Shown: piece by piece, positions 46,106 through 64,000 of the stretch
Numbering within the stretch: the stretch's first letter is position 1
Layout of the letters: each line of letters opens with the position of its first letter
Source of the DNA: the human T2T-CHM13v2.0 reference genome, Homo sapiens
Assembly: GCF_009914755.1 (NCBI RefSeq)
Contig: NC_060929.1
Length of the DNA stretch: 64,000 nucleotides
Direction: 5' to 3' (one strand)
Notes under the pieces: generated by a model
The model's input: the letters and a program-made list of their open reading frames with translations, nothing else
The model's database searches: none
What the model was told of the DNA's origin: nothing
Made by a program: the position numbers and the translations under genes

Positions 46106-47115
46106 ATTAATGGTTTTAAAAAAGAAACTCACTCTGGGAATATAATTTTCTATACCAAAGGATATGTTATATGTGATAGTGATGTTCTGCTACCTCAAGT
46201 TTCTGGATCTTAAATGCATTTTTGATTACTGAAAGCAGGTATGGCCTTAAGTGTCTCCTGATCTGTCAATCATCAAAAAGAAATTTTTTGACAAAAATGC
46301 TGAGATTCTATAATCTACTTTTGTACTAAATAAACACTAACAATATTTTATTCCTTTATTCATAATTCTCAAAACAGTGTGAGTTACTGATTTGACAGAA
46401 ATTTAACAGGACATTCTACAATTTTACAAAGCCTTGGAAAATATAACTTTTGGTGTTGCATGGAGAACCTGTGCACCTTTATAATTTCAGAATCTGCTTT
46501 GGGAGGGCGAGGATAACCAATGCAGGATTCCAAATTACTAATACATACAAAATGTATCTGATTTCCAAAAAGAAAAGTTCCAGTTAGTATGCATAAATAA
46601 AAGTAGCATTGGCTTGATTCATTTGTCTCTGTCACATTGTGATTAGGAGAAATGTTTACTCTTCAGATCCCAAAATCTTAAACATCTTTAGATTTGAGTA
46701 TATCTTTGAGGTAGGAAACTAGTAGTTAAGCACACCTGTATTTATTATGAGATAAGAGACAGAAAGAAATGCTTCCCCCAAATAAACCCTACTTTCAATA
46801 GGTTACCTATGAAAGAAGAATGTGAAGAACAGAAGAATTTTATTCTGTTAAAAAACAGAATTGGGTTTAAAATAATTTTCTAATGCTACTTAGCTCTTTT
46901 GTCAAAAAGAATGCAGGTAGTTGTGTTTCTGTTTGGGAGATTATTCTGAATTAGGGATTTCAAATGCCTAAGAAATGAGGTGTTTTTGATTTGTGGTTTT
47001 GTCCAAAAGAAAACAGATTCCACAAATATAAACGCGTAGTAGGTAGCACAAGTTAAAAAATATATAGATAGCACATTTAACATTGTCTTTCTAGATAGGC
47101 AAAAAATGCTGTTCC

Positions 47116-47163
47116 TTCAATGGTAGGCCACGAGGGAGGCCCAGGTTCAATTTTCAGCCATGC
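47116..47163 (+). pseudogene. tRNA-Gly(GCC)-derived retropseudogene (5'-truncated, internal deletion)
   Basis: ttcaatggtag-gccacgagggaggcccaggttcaattttcagccatgc aligns to tRNA-Gly-GCC TTCAGTGGTAG[AATTCTCGCCT]GCCACGCGGGAGGCCCGGGTTCGATTCCCGGCCAATGC. Confidence 0.75.
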
Positions 47164-47578
47164 TGTATAAAAACGTTTTAAAAATGATATTCCTGTAACA
47201 GCTACACTGCATCAATGGAAAACCGGTTTTCAAAAGGTCCAACAAAGAAACAAACATTCAGTACTGTGCTCCTAAAAAACTAAAGATTCTAATGAAGTAC
47301 TAAATTACTGCAATAAACTCTGCAAAACTTTCATCATGGAATCTTCATTCATGATAATATCTTCCTTGAGGTAATAACATTAAAGTTAAGAGAGGTATAC
47401 AGGTAAAAATCTCACTATAACAAATTTTATGTTTGCTGTAGGAAAATACAAAGTAACCAATATTACCATAGGGGCAGTAACTTGGGCACTGGTGACCAGA
47501 CTGACACTTCAGATTTAACCTGATAATCTGCTCACTTTACTGTTCAGTTATGACACGACATATTAAAAAGAAGTGGGA

Positions 47579-47888
47579 GGCCAGGTGCGGTGGCTCACGC
47601 CTGTAATCCCAGCACTTTGGGAGGCTGAGGCGGGCAGATCACAAGGTCAGGAGTTCGAGACCATCCTGCCTAACATGGTAAAACCCCGTCTCTACTAAAA
47701 ATACAAAAAAATTGGCCGGGCGTGGTGGTGGGTGCCTGTAGTCCCAGCTACTCAGGAGGCTGTGAAAGGAGAATAGCGTGAACCTGCGAGGCGGAGGTGG
47801 CAGTGAGCCAAGATCACGCCATTGCACTCCAGCCTGGATGACAGAGAGAGACTCCGTCTCAAAAAAAAAAAAAAAAAAAAAAAAAAAA
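47579..47888 (+). mobile_element. AluY-like
   Basis: gagaccatcctg and cgtgaacc diagnostics, 28-nt A-tail, TSD aaaaagaagtggga. Confidence 0.93.
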
Positions 47889-48387
47889 GAAGTGGGAAAC
47901 AAGGAAATACTAAGTTTCATTAAAAAAAAAACAAAAACAAAAAACAACAAATATAGCCAAATTTACCATGCTATTAGGCTCAAAATTTGACATTCTAGGA
48001 AATAATGTTATAGTAACACCTCCTGTCACTTATAAATGAAAAAGACTCAGTCAAAAACATTGAAGAAGGTGAACAGTGTTTCTAAGTTTTAATTAGGCTA
48101 AGTGTAATTTCAGAAATCATGCCCTTGATTTTTCTGGACCTAGAGTTGAAAATGATTAGGTGACATTCAAAGCATCTTCAAACTAATAAACTATGAAACA
48201 AAATGGAGATAAAATACATTTGAGATAAGAGGGGACGTTCACTCCAATTCTAACCTTTTCTTCCATCTCACATTTGAATCACTCAGTATGATGCCATTTC
48301 TGGATGTTACCAAGTAGGATTTTTCTAACACTATTACCCAGAAATTTGAAAAGAAAATTGCCTTTTGATAGTACAATAAAAGTCTAA

Positions 48388-53019
<4,632 letters not shown>

Positions 53020-54167
53020 TTAAGAGTATTCAAGGAGAAAAACGCTGTACAAGTCAGAAAAATTAAAGTCTTAATATTCTTCTCTATTGCAGGTTAAAAA
53101 CTAATGTAAACTTTATTTATAAACATAAAAATAATAGAAATCTCTTTAAACTATGACTTTTAAAAACTTTTATAGCAATACTCTCACAGAGGAAAAAATA
53201 ATGATGTAGATAACTTTTATTAGCTCAAAGAAATTATGTTATAATAGCAATACAAGGTAACATTTATTGAGCACTTATTATGTGTCAGGTTCTAGCTAAA
53301 TCATAAAAATGAAGCACAAAAAAGTTAGAAAACTTACTGGGATCATACACCTAACCAGGGTTTAAACTGAGTCATTCTGACCAGAGTGCTCAGGTCTTTA
53401 ATATAAGATTAACATAATATAATCTAGTCCAATAAAATGCAATCACCAGAAAGATAAAAAGTTGAATGGCAAAGATGTGAAGATTAAGAAAATTAAAAAA
53501 AGAACTAACGCTGACACTAAAAAAAACTTCTTCCAATGGTAATCTGATTTTATTTTGAGGGTACAGACTTTAGAGACCGCAAGCATCCAGCTTCCTGTCT
53601 TAAATTCCTAAACCCTTACCAATGCTAAAAATTAAAACAAATTTCCATAGATTTAGCATATGAACAGAAATATTCATTTATAATATCCAAAGGTAATTTG
53701 CATAAGGAAAACACAATCTGCTCAATAGAGCTTAGTATTATAATGGAAATGAAACATATTATTAAAAAGTGATTTCCTTGTTGAATATAATTTGGAGATA
53801 CTTTAGCTTAAAAGTGAGACTGTTAAAATCTGCTTTTCTGCTATAACATATCATATAGACCACGTCCATCAAAACTGCTAAATCCTGACTGAAGAAACAG
53901 ATATTACATGATATACAAAACCCAGTATCTTCTATTTGTTTCAATTCAGTTTGAAAATCTTTCTGGAGTACCTCCTATATGACAAAATTCCAAGCTGTGA
54001 ATAGTAAAGGACACATGCAAACCTGACAGAGGAACTATTTAGTAGACAAGGAAGACCTTTTTAATGCTTAATGTTACTATTTAAAATTCAAAACTAAAAT
54101 CAGTGGCCTAACCAAAAGATTTCTAGGAACTGGGAAAGCAGGCTGAAATATAGCACAGAAAGACTCA

Positions 54168-54272
<105 letters not shown>

Positions 54273-54740
54273 CTACCAGAGACAGACAAAGAAAAAACCA
54301 AGTAATCAGAACAAAGGCACAACAGAGCATTCAGTACCAACTTCCAAACACAAGATAAAGGGAAGAGAAAACAAAGCACTATATGAAACAAGCACAGCAG
54401 CAACTGCTGACTTCATGCACCTATTATGTATTATGTTCCAAAATCATTCCAAAAAAGAATGTAGTGCTTCCAATAATACAAAGTAATACCATTTAACCCC
54501 AAAGAAGAGAGAGATTTAGTATAACTGGATATACTTCTGGTTAACTATTTTGGACTAGCCACTCCTTATTTGCCCACCCCCAACTTTCCCCTTAAATAAA
54601 AATGAAAGAACTTTATTTTCAGAACAAAATTTCTAACTGTTTTGGAGGATGTATATGGAATACAATATATAAAACCAAAAACAGTCTCATTACTTAAATT
54701 AATGAAAAGGGGAGAAAACTTATATACTACAAGATATTTC

Positions 54741-55182
<442 letters not shown>

Positions 55183-57363
55183 CTAAAAAAACATATAATA
55201 TTAAGATGGGAAGGTTTTAAAGTGTATTTTGTAACTCAAGAATGGATAATATAACCTGGAACTACCAACATTCACTTAGTGAACGCCTTAGTGCTTATAA
55301 CCATTAGAATTATGAAACTACTCCGCAGACATGGCAAATCCTGATACTTGCCTCAGATATCCCAATTTAACCTCTTCTTTCTGACTCCACAGATACTATG
55401 TTAGGCAAGGGATAAGTTCGTTGATTTTGCTCCTAGTCAGACTCCCTGCTACCTGCATAGCATTATTTATCATGGGTCAATCTTAACGCTGCTGCCAATT
55501 CTCTCCTATCCAAACCCTGGCCAAATCATTCCAATGATTCTACCTTAGCAGGCCGCCCCTGGAAGGCTGACTCACAGGTTTATATATAATTAGAAATAAT
55601 ATCATTGTTTGCTTCAGTTATGTTCCTAAGAACATATCATGTATATCTCTTTGCCTCCTCTCCATGAAGGTATTCTGCCCTTCATCTCATCATCTTACTC
55701 CTGTTAAGCTGCCACTTGCCCTTCTTCCTCTTTAGTTTGCCTCAGTTGTTCTCATTTATTTCAACCAACTGCTAAGATCTCATTTCTCATGCACCAGTTT
55801 ATCCCATGTATCTTTCTTTCCCTATGTTTGCAAGTAACGTAAACTCAAACATGTGTGATGTAAGTGTCACTTGGAGAATATCTATTTAATGGCTGTGTTG
55901 TTGAGAGATCTGTGCAATATACACTGAATATGAAGAGGGAAATGATCTAAATCTATGGAACTGATTTTATGGATTACTGAAGCTCTCACTACTCTATAGA
56001 GTATTACCACACTGTATCTCTGTCATATCAACATGCCTGGCTCTTAGGCAAGAAAAACAATGCTCTGTTCAATGACTATTTTGCAGAGCATCTAGTACAG
56101 TGTCAAGAATAGAATGAAGTTGATTGGATGGCCCCATGAATATTTCTTTTTCTAAAGCTTACGGAAGGGTTCATCAATTCTCTCAAACCCAACTCAATCA
56201 CCATACTGATATTCAGTAGAGTAGCATTTTAGAGAGAAGAGATGTTTTGAATCATCTTGTCTCCTTTGTTTCACAGATTAGAAAACCAAGGCCCAGAGAA
56301 TTCAGTGATAAGTTCATAGCTACAAAGTTAGTTAGAGGTAAAACTAAGAGTAAGACTGAGGTGTCTTGACTCATTCACTACTTTTTCCCAAAACAGCACA
56401 TCCTAGACAAAAAACTAAGGGAAACAAATAAATAATGCTACTTCAGGTAGTACTTTAGGTTTCCAAAAGTAGAGCCCATTTAGGAACTAAAAGTTCCCAC
56501 TCTTCTTGAGTGGTACATAGCATCTTTTGGGTATAAAAAAAATGAGCAATAAGCTTTACAAATTAATGTGACATGAACTTTTTATCAGTAATTTTTAAAA
56601 AAATAACGAAAGATACACATGAGAAGCAGTTACTACTGCAGGTGATTTACCCTTAGGTAGACCAATAAGAGCATAATAGCCATGACTGTCTTAGCAATGA
56701 TAAGAAACGAACAAGCCAACTTTTCTATGCAAATTCATTTGTAGTATAAAACTGACACATACATGATTATTTGGCAAGATACTCTGTAGCCACAGTTTAT
56801 TAATACTTGCCCCCCAAAAAGGTTAAGCTTCCACCATAACTAGCATAGCTTAAACAAGGGGAGGAAATAACAAAATTCATCCTTAAGTACCATCTAGTTG
56901 TAACGTATGGTAACTGTACTGTTGCCAAATTAAAGAAGACAAAGTATCAAATTAATCTTGAAGCTAGTTAATGGGTTTAAGAAATACTTTTCTTCAATTT
57001 CCACAGCAGCTGGGTGTAACTGCTATACACTCAATAATGATGACAAAACACTGAACAAAGCAAAAGTGAGAAAGAAACTGAAGGTGAAGTAGTGAAGGTA
57101 ATAAAGGGGTTAATAAAAACAATACTAATATAGATGAAAAACCTTAAGTTTTTGGTCATCTTCCTTTTCATATCATACTTGGTGAAGAAAAATTCAAAGA
57201 AGCTTTTTACTTAGACTAAATATATGCTTTATATTAAAAGAATGTTTTAAGCTGGACACTTAAAGGGAAATAAGCAAAAAGAGCATTTCTATTTAAGTTC
57301 ATGTTAATTACGCATGGTTCCTTTTAACAATTATTGGTTTTCTTTCTATTGCTTGGAAATTCA

Positions 57364-57747
<384 letters not shown>

Positions 57748-57829
57748 TTATTAAGTTCACAATGTTCAAATTCTATTTACATGAAATAATATACACCAAG
57801 GAATGCCTATAGTGTTAAAATAAATTTCA

Positions 57830-57943
<114 letters not shown>

Positions 57944-58195
57944 CTATTCCAACACACAGTGGAGAAAAAAGCAGTTTATTTAAAGAAACAGAAAACTCTG
58001 ATAACTCTGGTATTAACTTGAGTTTGAAAATTGACCTAATAAACATTTATTGAACACATATTTACAAAGCAGTCAGTATACTAGATCATATGCATGCTCT
58101 GTGTAAAATCACGAGTGTTACAATTAATTCACTCAGTACTCATATATTTACTTACTGTATATTGACCAATATTGTGTTGGGATAATAGTCTAGAG

Positions 58196-58442
58196 CAGAG
58201 ATTGGCAAAAACTATGGCCCAAGGGCCAAATCCAGTCTGCTGCCTACTTTTGTACAGCCTGTGAGCTAAGAATTTCATTTTTAAATGGCTGGAAAAAATA
58301 AAAGTAATAATATGACATGTGTGAATTACTTGAAATTAAAAGTTTGGTGTCCATAAAGTTTTACTGGAAAACAGTGATGCTCATTCAGCTATATATTATC
58401 TAGGGCTTCTTTAGTAGCAGAGTTGAGACTTATGACAGAGAC
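58196..58442 (+). mobile_element. MER58-like hAT fossil
   Basis: cagagattggcaaaaactatggcccaagggccaaatcc...gtacagcctgtgagctaagaat. Confidence 0.8.
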
Positions 58443-59611
58443 AACAGAGATATAAAATTGCAATGAGGTAAGTAAAAATTTGCACAAGAACTATAGCTAA
58501 TAAGTACGGCTAGGCATTCAGAGGCGGATCTTCCTAAGCACAGGTAATTGTTTCATGGGGAAATAAAAGTTGAGTTGATGCTTGATAGTCTGGCTAGATG
58601 GCAGAATAATGGCCATCAATCACTTGGGGAATTGTGTGGGAGACTTCTTACAATGAAAATTCCCAGGCCTCCATGGCCAAAAATTATTTCTTAGTAGGTC
58701 TTCAGTGGAACCTTGGAATATACATGTTTAATAATTCCCTCAAGTGATTCCCATGCAAGTGGAACCTCAGCTGCATCAGAAGATAAACATACAAAGAACA
58801 ATAACAAAATGTAAACAATCAACATATGTTCCTGCTGTGATGAACCAAGTAAGTGGAACAACAGCTTTGTATTATGATAAAAGTAGAGACTAAAAGGTAG
58901 GCTTGGGTTTAGCATTTCTTAAATGTTAAAATATATAAAATAAGACACATGAACAATTGGTGAAATCTTCCCAGTTAAACTCATAACCCCAAGTCATCAT
59001 TAGTCCATTAAAAAGTATCTAGCAACATCGTCCTATCCCCACCATAACCTGGAACTACACTGGAAGGGTGGGAGGTATGGGGTCACGTTCTTGTCATTTG
59101 GCATATAAGAAATGTTGACTTAATGGAGTTCTTCTTTTAGGGTTATGAGGACTCAGTCCCCTACAACCTACTTCATAAAAAAAAAAAAAAAAAAAAAAAC
59201 AACTTTCTATTCAGATACAACAAACATACAGAACAGTGCATATCTTAGTGAAGCATCACAAAGTGAATATACCATCTAATGACCATCTGGGACAAGAGGG
59301 TCATGAAAAAATAGTAACAACACCCTAGAGGCCTTCCTCCTGCAGGATTCTCTTTACAAAATCAAAACATTTCAAAGACAGTAAAATGACAGCAGGACAA
59401 CTTTGCTCTCTGTTGATCAGAGAAAACACAAAATATCCAAACTCAAGCATATTTTCTAATGATTTTAAATACTATTTAACCACATCTACATTTAAAAAAT
59501 ATTAATATTCATTCAATCTACAGTGATTTAGTACATGTGGATTTCTAGTCCTTAAGCAATCATGTCAGAGCCTCAGGAGTCTAATTGAAAACTACAGCAT
59601 TTAAAAATTCT

Positions 59612-59930
59612 GGCCAAGTATGGTGGCTCATGCCTATAAACCCAGCACTCTGGGAGACCAAGGAGGGGAGATCACATGAGGCCAGGAGCTCTGGACTAGC
59701 CAGGCCAACATGACGAAAACCTGTCTCTATCAAAAATACAAAAATCAGTGGGTGTGGTGGAGCACGTCTATAAACCTAGTACTCAGGAGGAGGAGGCACA
59801 ATAATTGCTTGAACCTGGGAGGCGGAAGTTGCAGAGGTTGCAGTGAGCCAAGATCGCACCACTGCACTCCAGCCTGGGTGGTAGAGCAAGACTCAGTCTC
59901 AAACAACAACAACAACAACAACAACAAAAA
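59612..59930 (+). mobile_element. Alu with (CAA)n tail
   Basis: Diverged dimer; flanking aaaaattct repeat. Confidence 0.92.
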
Positions 59931-60059
59931 TTCTATTTTGCCAAATGAAATGGTTTTTCCTTTAATGGTAAACCTTTGGGAGAGGAACTAAAGGAATTGG
60001 CATAAAATTTTCTTTATTAAAAGGGACTTTAAAAAAAACCCTTTTATCTCATCATGCTT

Positions 60060-61400
60060 ACTAAGGGCAGGAGCTACTTATCTGCCCCCTTAGAATAGCA
60101 TTTCTTATGTTAACAACTCTCCTTGAAGAGTTCTCTACCCTTAGATTCCTAAATTCCCCTCTCCCTCTCTAAGCACTCTTATGGGGCTCCTTTGTAGGTT
60201 TCCCCTTCTCTGCCTATCCTTTAAATGTTGGTGTTCCTCAGGGTTCCATACTTGCTCTACCCACAGCATTCTTACTTATATCCAACGCTTCAGTCATCCT
60301 TTGATGACTCCTAAATTCACAGCCAGACCATCTCTCTTCTAAGGGTCAGATCTTTGTATCTAATATAGAAGACTTCCTCATATGACTCACCTCAATTGCA
60401 ACGTGTCTGAAACCTCCTCTTCTATCTCCACACGTATCTGCAGAAACCTGGGCCTAATCTTGGATTCCTTCCTTTTCCCTCATTCAATCATCACACCCTT
60501 CAATTCTACTTTCCAAATACAATAGTCTCCCCCATCTGTGGTTTTGATTTATGTGGTTTATATACAATAAGATATTTTGAGAGAGAAAGAGACTACATTC
60601 ATATAACTTTTTACTATAATACAGTACTATAATTGTTCTATTTTATTATTGTTAAAATAAAAATTAAACTTTATCACAGGTACATACATATAGGAAAAAA
60701 CATAGCACATATAGGAAAAAACAGTGTATATAGGGTTCAGTACTATCTGCAGTTACTGGGGGGGGGGGGGTCTTGTAATGTATCCCCCCCAACCACTGAT
60801 ACAATGGGATTACTGTATCTAATTTGTCAGTGCCTCTCTATTCCTCCTGCTTTGACTCTAATTTAGGCCACCTTCAACTCTCATCTATATTATACAAAAA
60901 GTGTCCAAGTGCCCAGTCACAATTGTTACTTTCAATCCATTCTTCCTACTGCAGGGAGAATGACTTTTCTGAACTGCAAATGTGAAAATGTCATTTTCTT
61001 GATTAAAACCTATTGTCTCAGGATCTGAACTAATTCTTGTTGATCTTTCCAGTCAGTCTCTTAACCATTCTTTCCTCTCAATTTGTGGAGGCTCTACCTT
61101 CCAAAGAGAATTACTTTCAGTTCCCCTGAGGAAAAATATTATTTTGCTTCTGACTACTGGAAAACACTCTTTACTCAATTTACTCATTCTTAAGGTTTCT
61201 GCTAAGAGGTTCTTTCCTCCTAAGAGGTTCTTTCCCTCCGGGAAGACATCTCTGATTCAACACCTTCCCTGCATTAAAAGTGTTTCATGACATACATTAT
61301 GATAACTGTCTATTAGCCTTTGTTCCCATTATGCATTCAGGTAGGGCCCTTAGGCAGGATCCTTATAAGCCTTGTTTCTTGTTGTATTCTCCAAGCCTAG
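60060..61400 (+). mobile_element. L2 fragments interrupted by a MER44-like element
   Basis: Pyrimidine-rich L2-like motifs (ttaaatgttggtgttcctcaggg, aatcttggattccttcc, ccttccctg...gcctagtgtagtgcc). Confidence 0.6.
60520..60816 (+). mobile_element. MER44A/Tigger7-like element with TA flanks and a G13 run (60758-60770)
   Basis: caatagtctccccc...tacaataagatattttgagagag...ataggaaaaaaca...ggattactg. Confidence 0.8.
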
Positions 61401-61426
61401 TGTAGTGCCCTACATTATGGTAAGTC

Positions 61427-61729
61427 TTTTTTTTTTTTTTTTGAGATGGAGTCTCAGTTGGTTGCCCAGGCTGGAGTGCAGTAGCGAGGTCTTGGCTCAC
61501 TGCAGCTTCCGCCTGCCGGTTCAAGCAATTCTCCTGCCTCAGACTCCCGAGTAGATGGGACTACAGGTGCACACCACCATGCCTAATACAGCTAATTTTT
61601 GTATTTTTAGTAGAGAGGGCGTTTCACCATGTTGGCCAGGCTGCTCTTGAACTCCTGACCTCAGGTGATCTGCCCGCCTCGGCCTCCCAAAGTGTTGGTA
61701 TTACAGATGTGAGCCACCACACCCAGCCA
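61427..61729 (-). mobile_element. AluS
   Basis: Antisense dimer; TSD acattatggtaagtctt. Confidence 0.95.
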
Positions 61730-62569
61730 CATTATGGTAAGTCTTAAGGAATAAATTTAAGATTATAAAGTAATTTCTGAGGCTACAGAAGTCAGAAACA
61801 CTTAGAACTTTTTTATAATTAGAACATCATGAATGTCTGATTATAACCAAAAAGAGTCATAGTTTGAATTAAGTGTCTAAAACCCATACGACTATAATAT
61901 TGTTACAAGAAAAGATAGATGGTTCAAAACTCCAAAAGAAGGGGAAGTGTAAAAACAGTTCCCAGTTTATCTAAAGAATTGTATATTTAATTTAACTTAG
62001 TGAGAAAAAAAATAATTAGAGTACCCTTAACCAGTTTCTTCACTAAGAAAGAGTAAAGTGCATTTCAAATAGGTGAATAAAGGATGTTTATTCAACAAAT
62101 GCTAGTGGAATAAAATAGGTTTCTATATTGTATCATTATTTTAAAAACTCCAGATGTATTAATATATTTAGAAGAGACCATTGGAAAATAAAAAATTAGA
62201 AAATATGATTATTTAAAATAGAAAATGCCCTTCTAAGCATGATACCAAATGTGGAGAAAAGTGGATCAAAGGACTGAGGAGTTAATTACACGAAGGTTTA
62301 AAACTTTTATATGTCAAAATCTACCAAACTTTTTTAAGGTACGAAGGAAAAAAATTAAAAAAAAAAAAAGGCAAATTCTATACATCTTCTAAATCAATAG
62401 GGAAAAAAAACCCAAACAAACAAACAAACAAAAAAAACGAATAAGAAAACAACCAAAGGACATGGCCAAGTTAATCGTAAAAAAGAAACGTGGCAGCCAT
62501 AAAAAAGAATGAAATCATATTCTTTGCAGCAACATGGATGGAGCTGGAGGCCATTATCCAAAGTGAACT

Positions 62570-63400
62570 TGTCACAGGCCAGGTCTCACTAAACAACCAT
62601 TTCAGTACTGACTGAATGTTTAAGTTAAATATTAAAAGCCAGTGCCCTTATACAAAGGCTGGGATGTAACAAAAGCCCATCAAGAGTTTTGCCTAGGCCT
62701 TTCCTGGGCCTTAAAGCGTGATAAAATAATGAAGGAATTCTTTTTTTTTTTTTTTTGGCACAATTGTTTTTTTTTTATTATGGTAAAAAAAAAAAACATA
62801 AAATTGACCATCTTAACAATTTTTAAGTGTATAGTACAATAGTGTTAATTACTGTATATGCACATTGCAATGTAAAAGATCTCTAGAACTTTTTCATCTT
62901 ACAAAACTGAAACTCTGTTCCCATTGAACAACTCCTTGTTTCTTCAATAATGAAGGAATTCTTAATAGGAGCCATTTAGGATTAAACAAGTTTTACTGGG
63001 GGTCTGAAGAAACTCCCCAGTCCTCCACAAACAAGTGTATTAGGGGTCTGAAGGAACTCCTCAAACCTATGTGATATAGTAGGAGACACGATAAGGGTAA
63101 TCACTCTAGCACTTTACTGAGGCTCCAAAGGAAGGTCTTCAGGACTCAGACCTTAGTTATAGATTAAAAGAAGTTAGTAACTTATGTCTTTAGGTGAATG
63201 CACACTTACAGGTAGACATATAGCTTAGAAGGTATATAAGCTCTGGAAAACTTTGTAATTTGGAGTTGGTCTGGTGATGATGTTCAGACCTTCTCCCTGT
63301 AACCAGTTACAGAAATAACTCTCTTCCTCCCCAGTTCATCTGCATCTCGTTATTGGGCCGTGAGAAATAGCAGCCCGAACCTCAGTTTGGTCCCAGAACA
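62570..63400 (+). mobile_element. ERV1-class solo LTR (MER39-like) inserted in an L1MA 3' end
   Basis: TG...CA termini, 4-bp TSD aact/aatt, TATA-like gtatataag at ~63232; host L1 resumes in register (ccattatccaaagtg|aattaactcacaaacagaaa). Confidence 0.8.
62743..62945 (-). mobile_element. Polyadenylated L1M-3'-end-containing retro-insert inside the LTR
   Basis: Poly-T plus antisense L1M 3' terminus, flanked by the perfect 18-bp TSD aataatgaaggaattctt (62725-62742, 62946-62963). Confidence 0.85.
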
Positions 63401-64000
63401 AATTAACTCACAAACAGAAAGTCAAATACTGCATGTTCTCATTTATGAGTGGGAGCTAAATAATAGGTACACACAGACATAAAGATGGAAATGTAGGGAC
63501 TCTAAAAGGAGGAAGGTTGGGAGGGAGGGGTGAGAGTTAAAAAATTAGCTATTTGGTATAATGTTCACTATTTGGGTAAGGGGCACACTAGAAGCCCAAT
63601 CTCTGCCAGTACACAATATACTCATGTAACAAACATGCATGTGTACTTCCAATGTAAAATAAAATAAAAAAAAAAGAAACATGAATATCTGATAAACATA
63701 ATTTTTAAAATGCTCAATTACATACATAAAGCAATTTTTTGGCTTTGAAACTAGTAAATGCATGTACCTAGCACAAGGCCCCTCTTCCCTCCACCCCTGT
63801 CCTCTACCCCTAGGAAAAAAAAAACAAAACCTGTGTTGATGGAAGCAGAGATAAATATGTACACAAATTATACTTACATACTGCTGGTAGATGATAAACT
63901 GTACCATATATTGTTAAATTTAAAACATGGGCTTTATTGGCTTATTTGAATTTTTGTACAATCTTCCTATAATGAATATACATTTTATTTATAATATTAA

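Larger units (their letters stand above)
62490..63675 (+). mobile_element. L1MA-type 3' end (host of the LTR)
   Basis: gcagccataaaaaagaatgaaatcat...gcaacatggatggagctggaggccattatc and gcatgttctcatttatgagtgggagctaa...A-tail. Confidence 0.88.

Overview
Human (primate) genomic DNA from the HMGCR-CERT1 locus (5q13.3). The + strand carries HMGCR coding exons 5-20 (467-15235), all with canonical GT-AG boundaries that join into one open frame, followed by a ~1.75 kb 3'UTR. The - strand carries the 3' half of CERT1 (COL4A3BP): the FFAT exon, the 78-nt CERT-L/GPBP cassette exon, the START-domain exons (57943 down to the stop at 34239) and a non-coding terminal exon starting at 29084. The two genes are convergent with a gap of roughly 6-9 kb. 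The rest is mostly Alu, L1, L2/MIR, hAT/Tigger fossils, one ERV1-type solo LTR, an RPS26 processed pseudogene and a tRNA-Gly retrocopy. This is a well-studied locus and I see no new multi-gene system. The best leads are RNA-processing and retroposition details: (i) a splice-or-retain switch 9 nt after the CERT1 stop codon that selects between an inverted-Alu UTR and a long AU/G4-rich UTR, (ii) a candidate poison exon in HMGCR intron 6, (iii) a candidate recursive splice site in CERT1, (iv) a TSD-flanked pre-tRNA retrocopy, (v) an age-inverted retro-insert in the LTR, and (vi) an SRE-like element downstream of HMGCR. Repeat subfamily names, exon numbers and SNP positions are from memory and were not checked against databases. 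Repeat boundaries are approximate.
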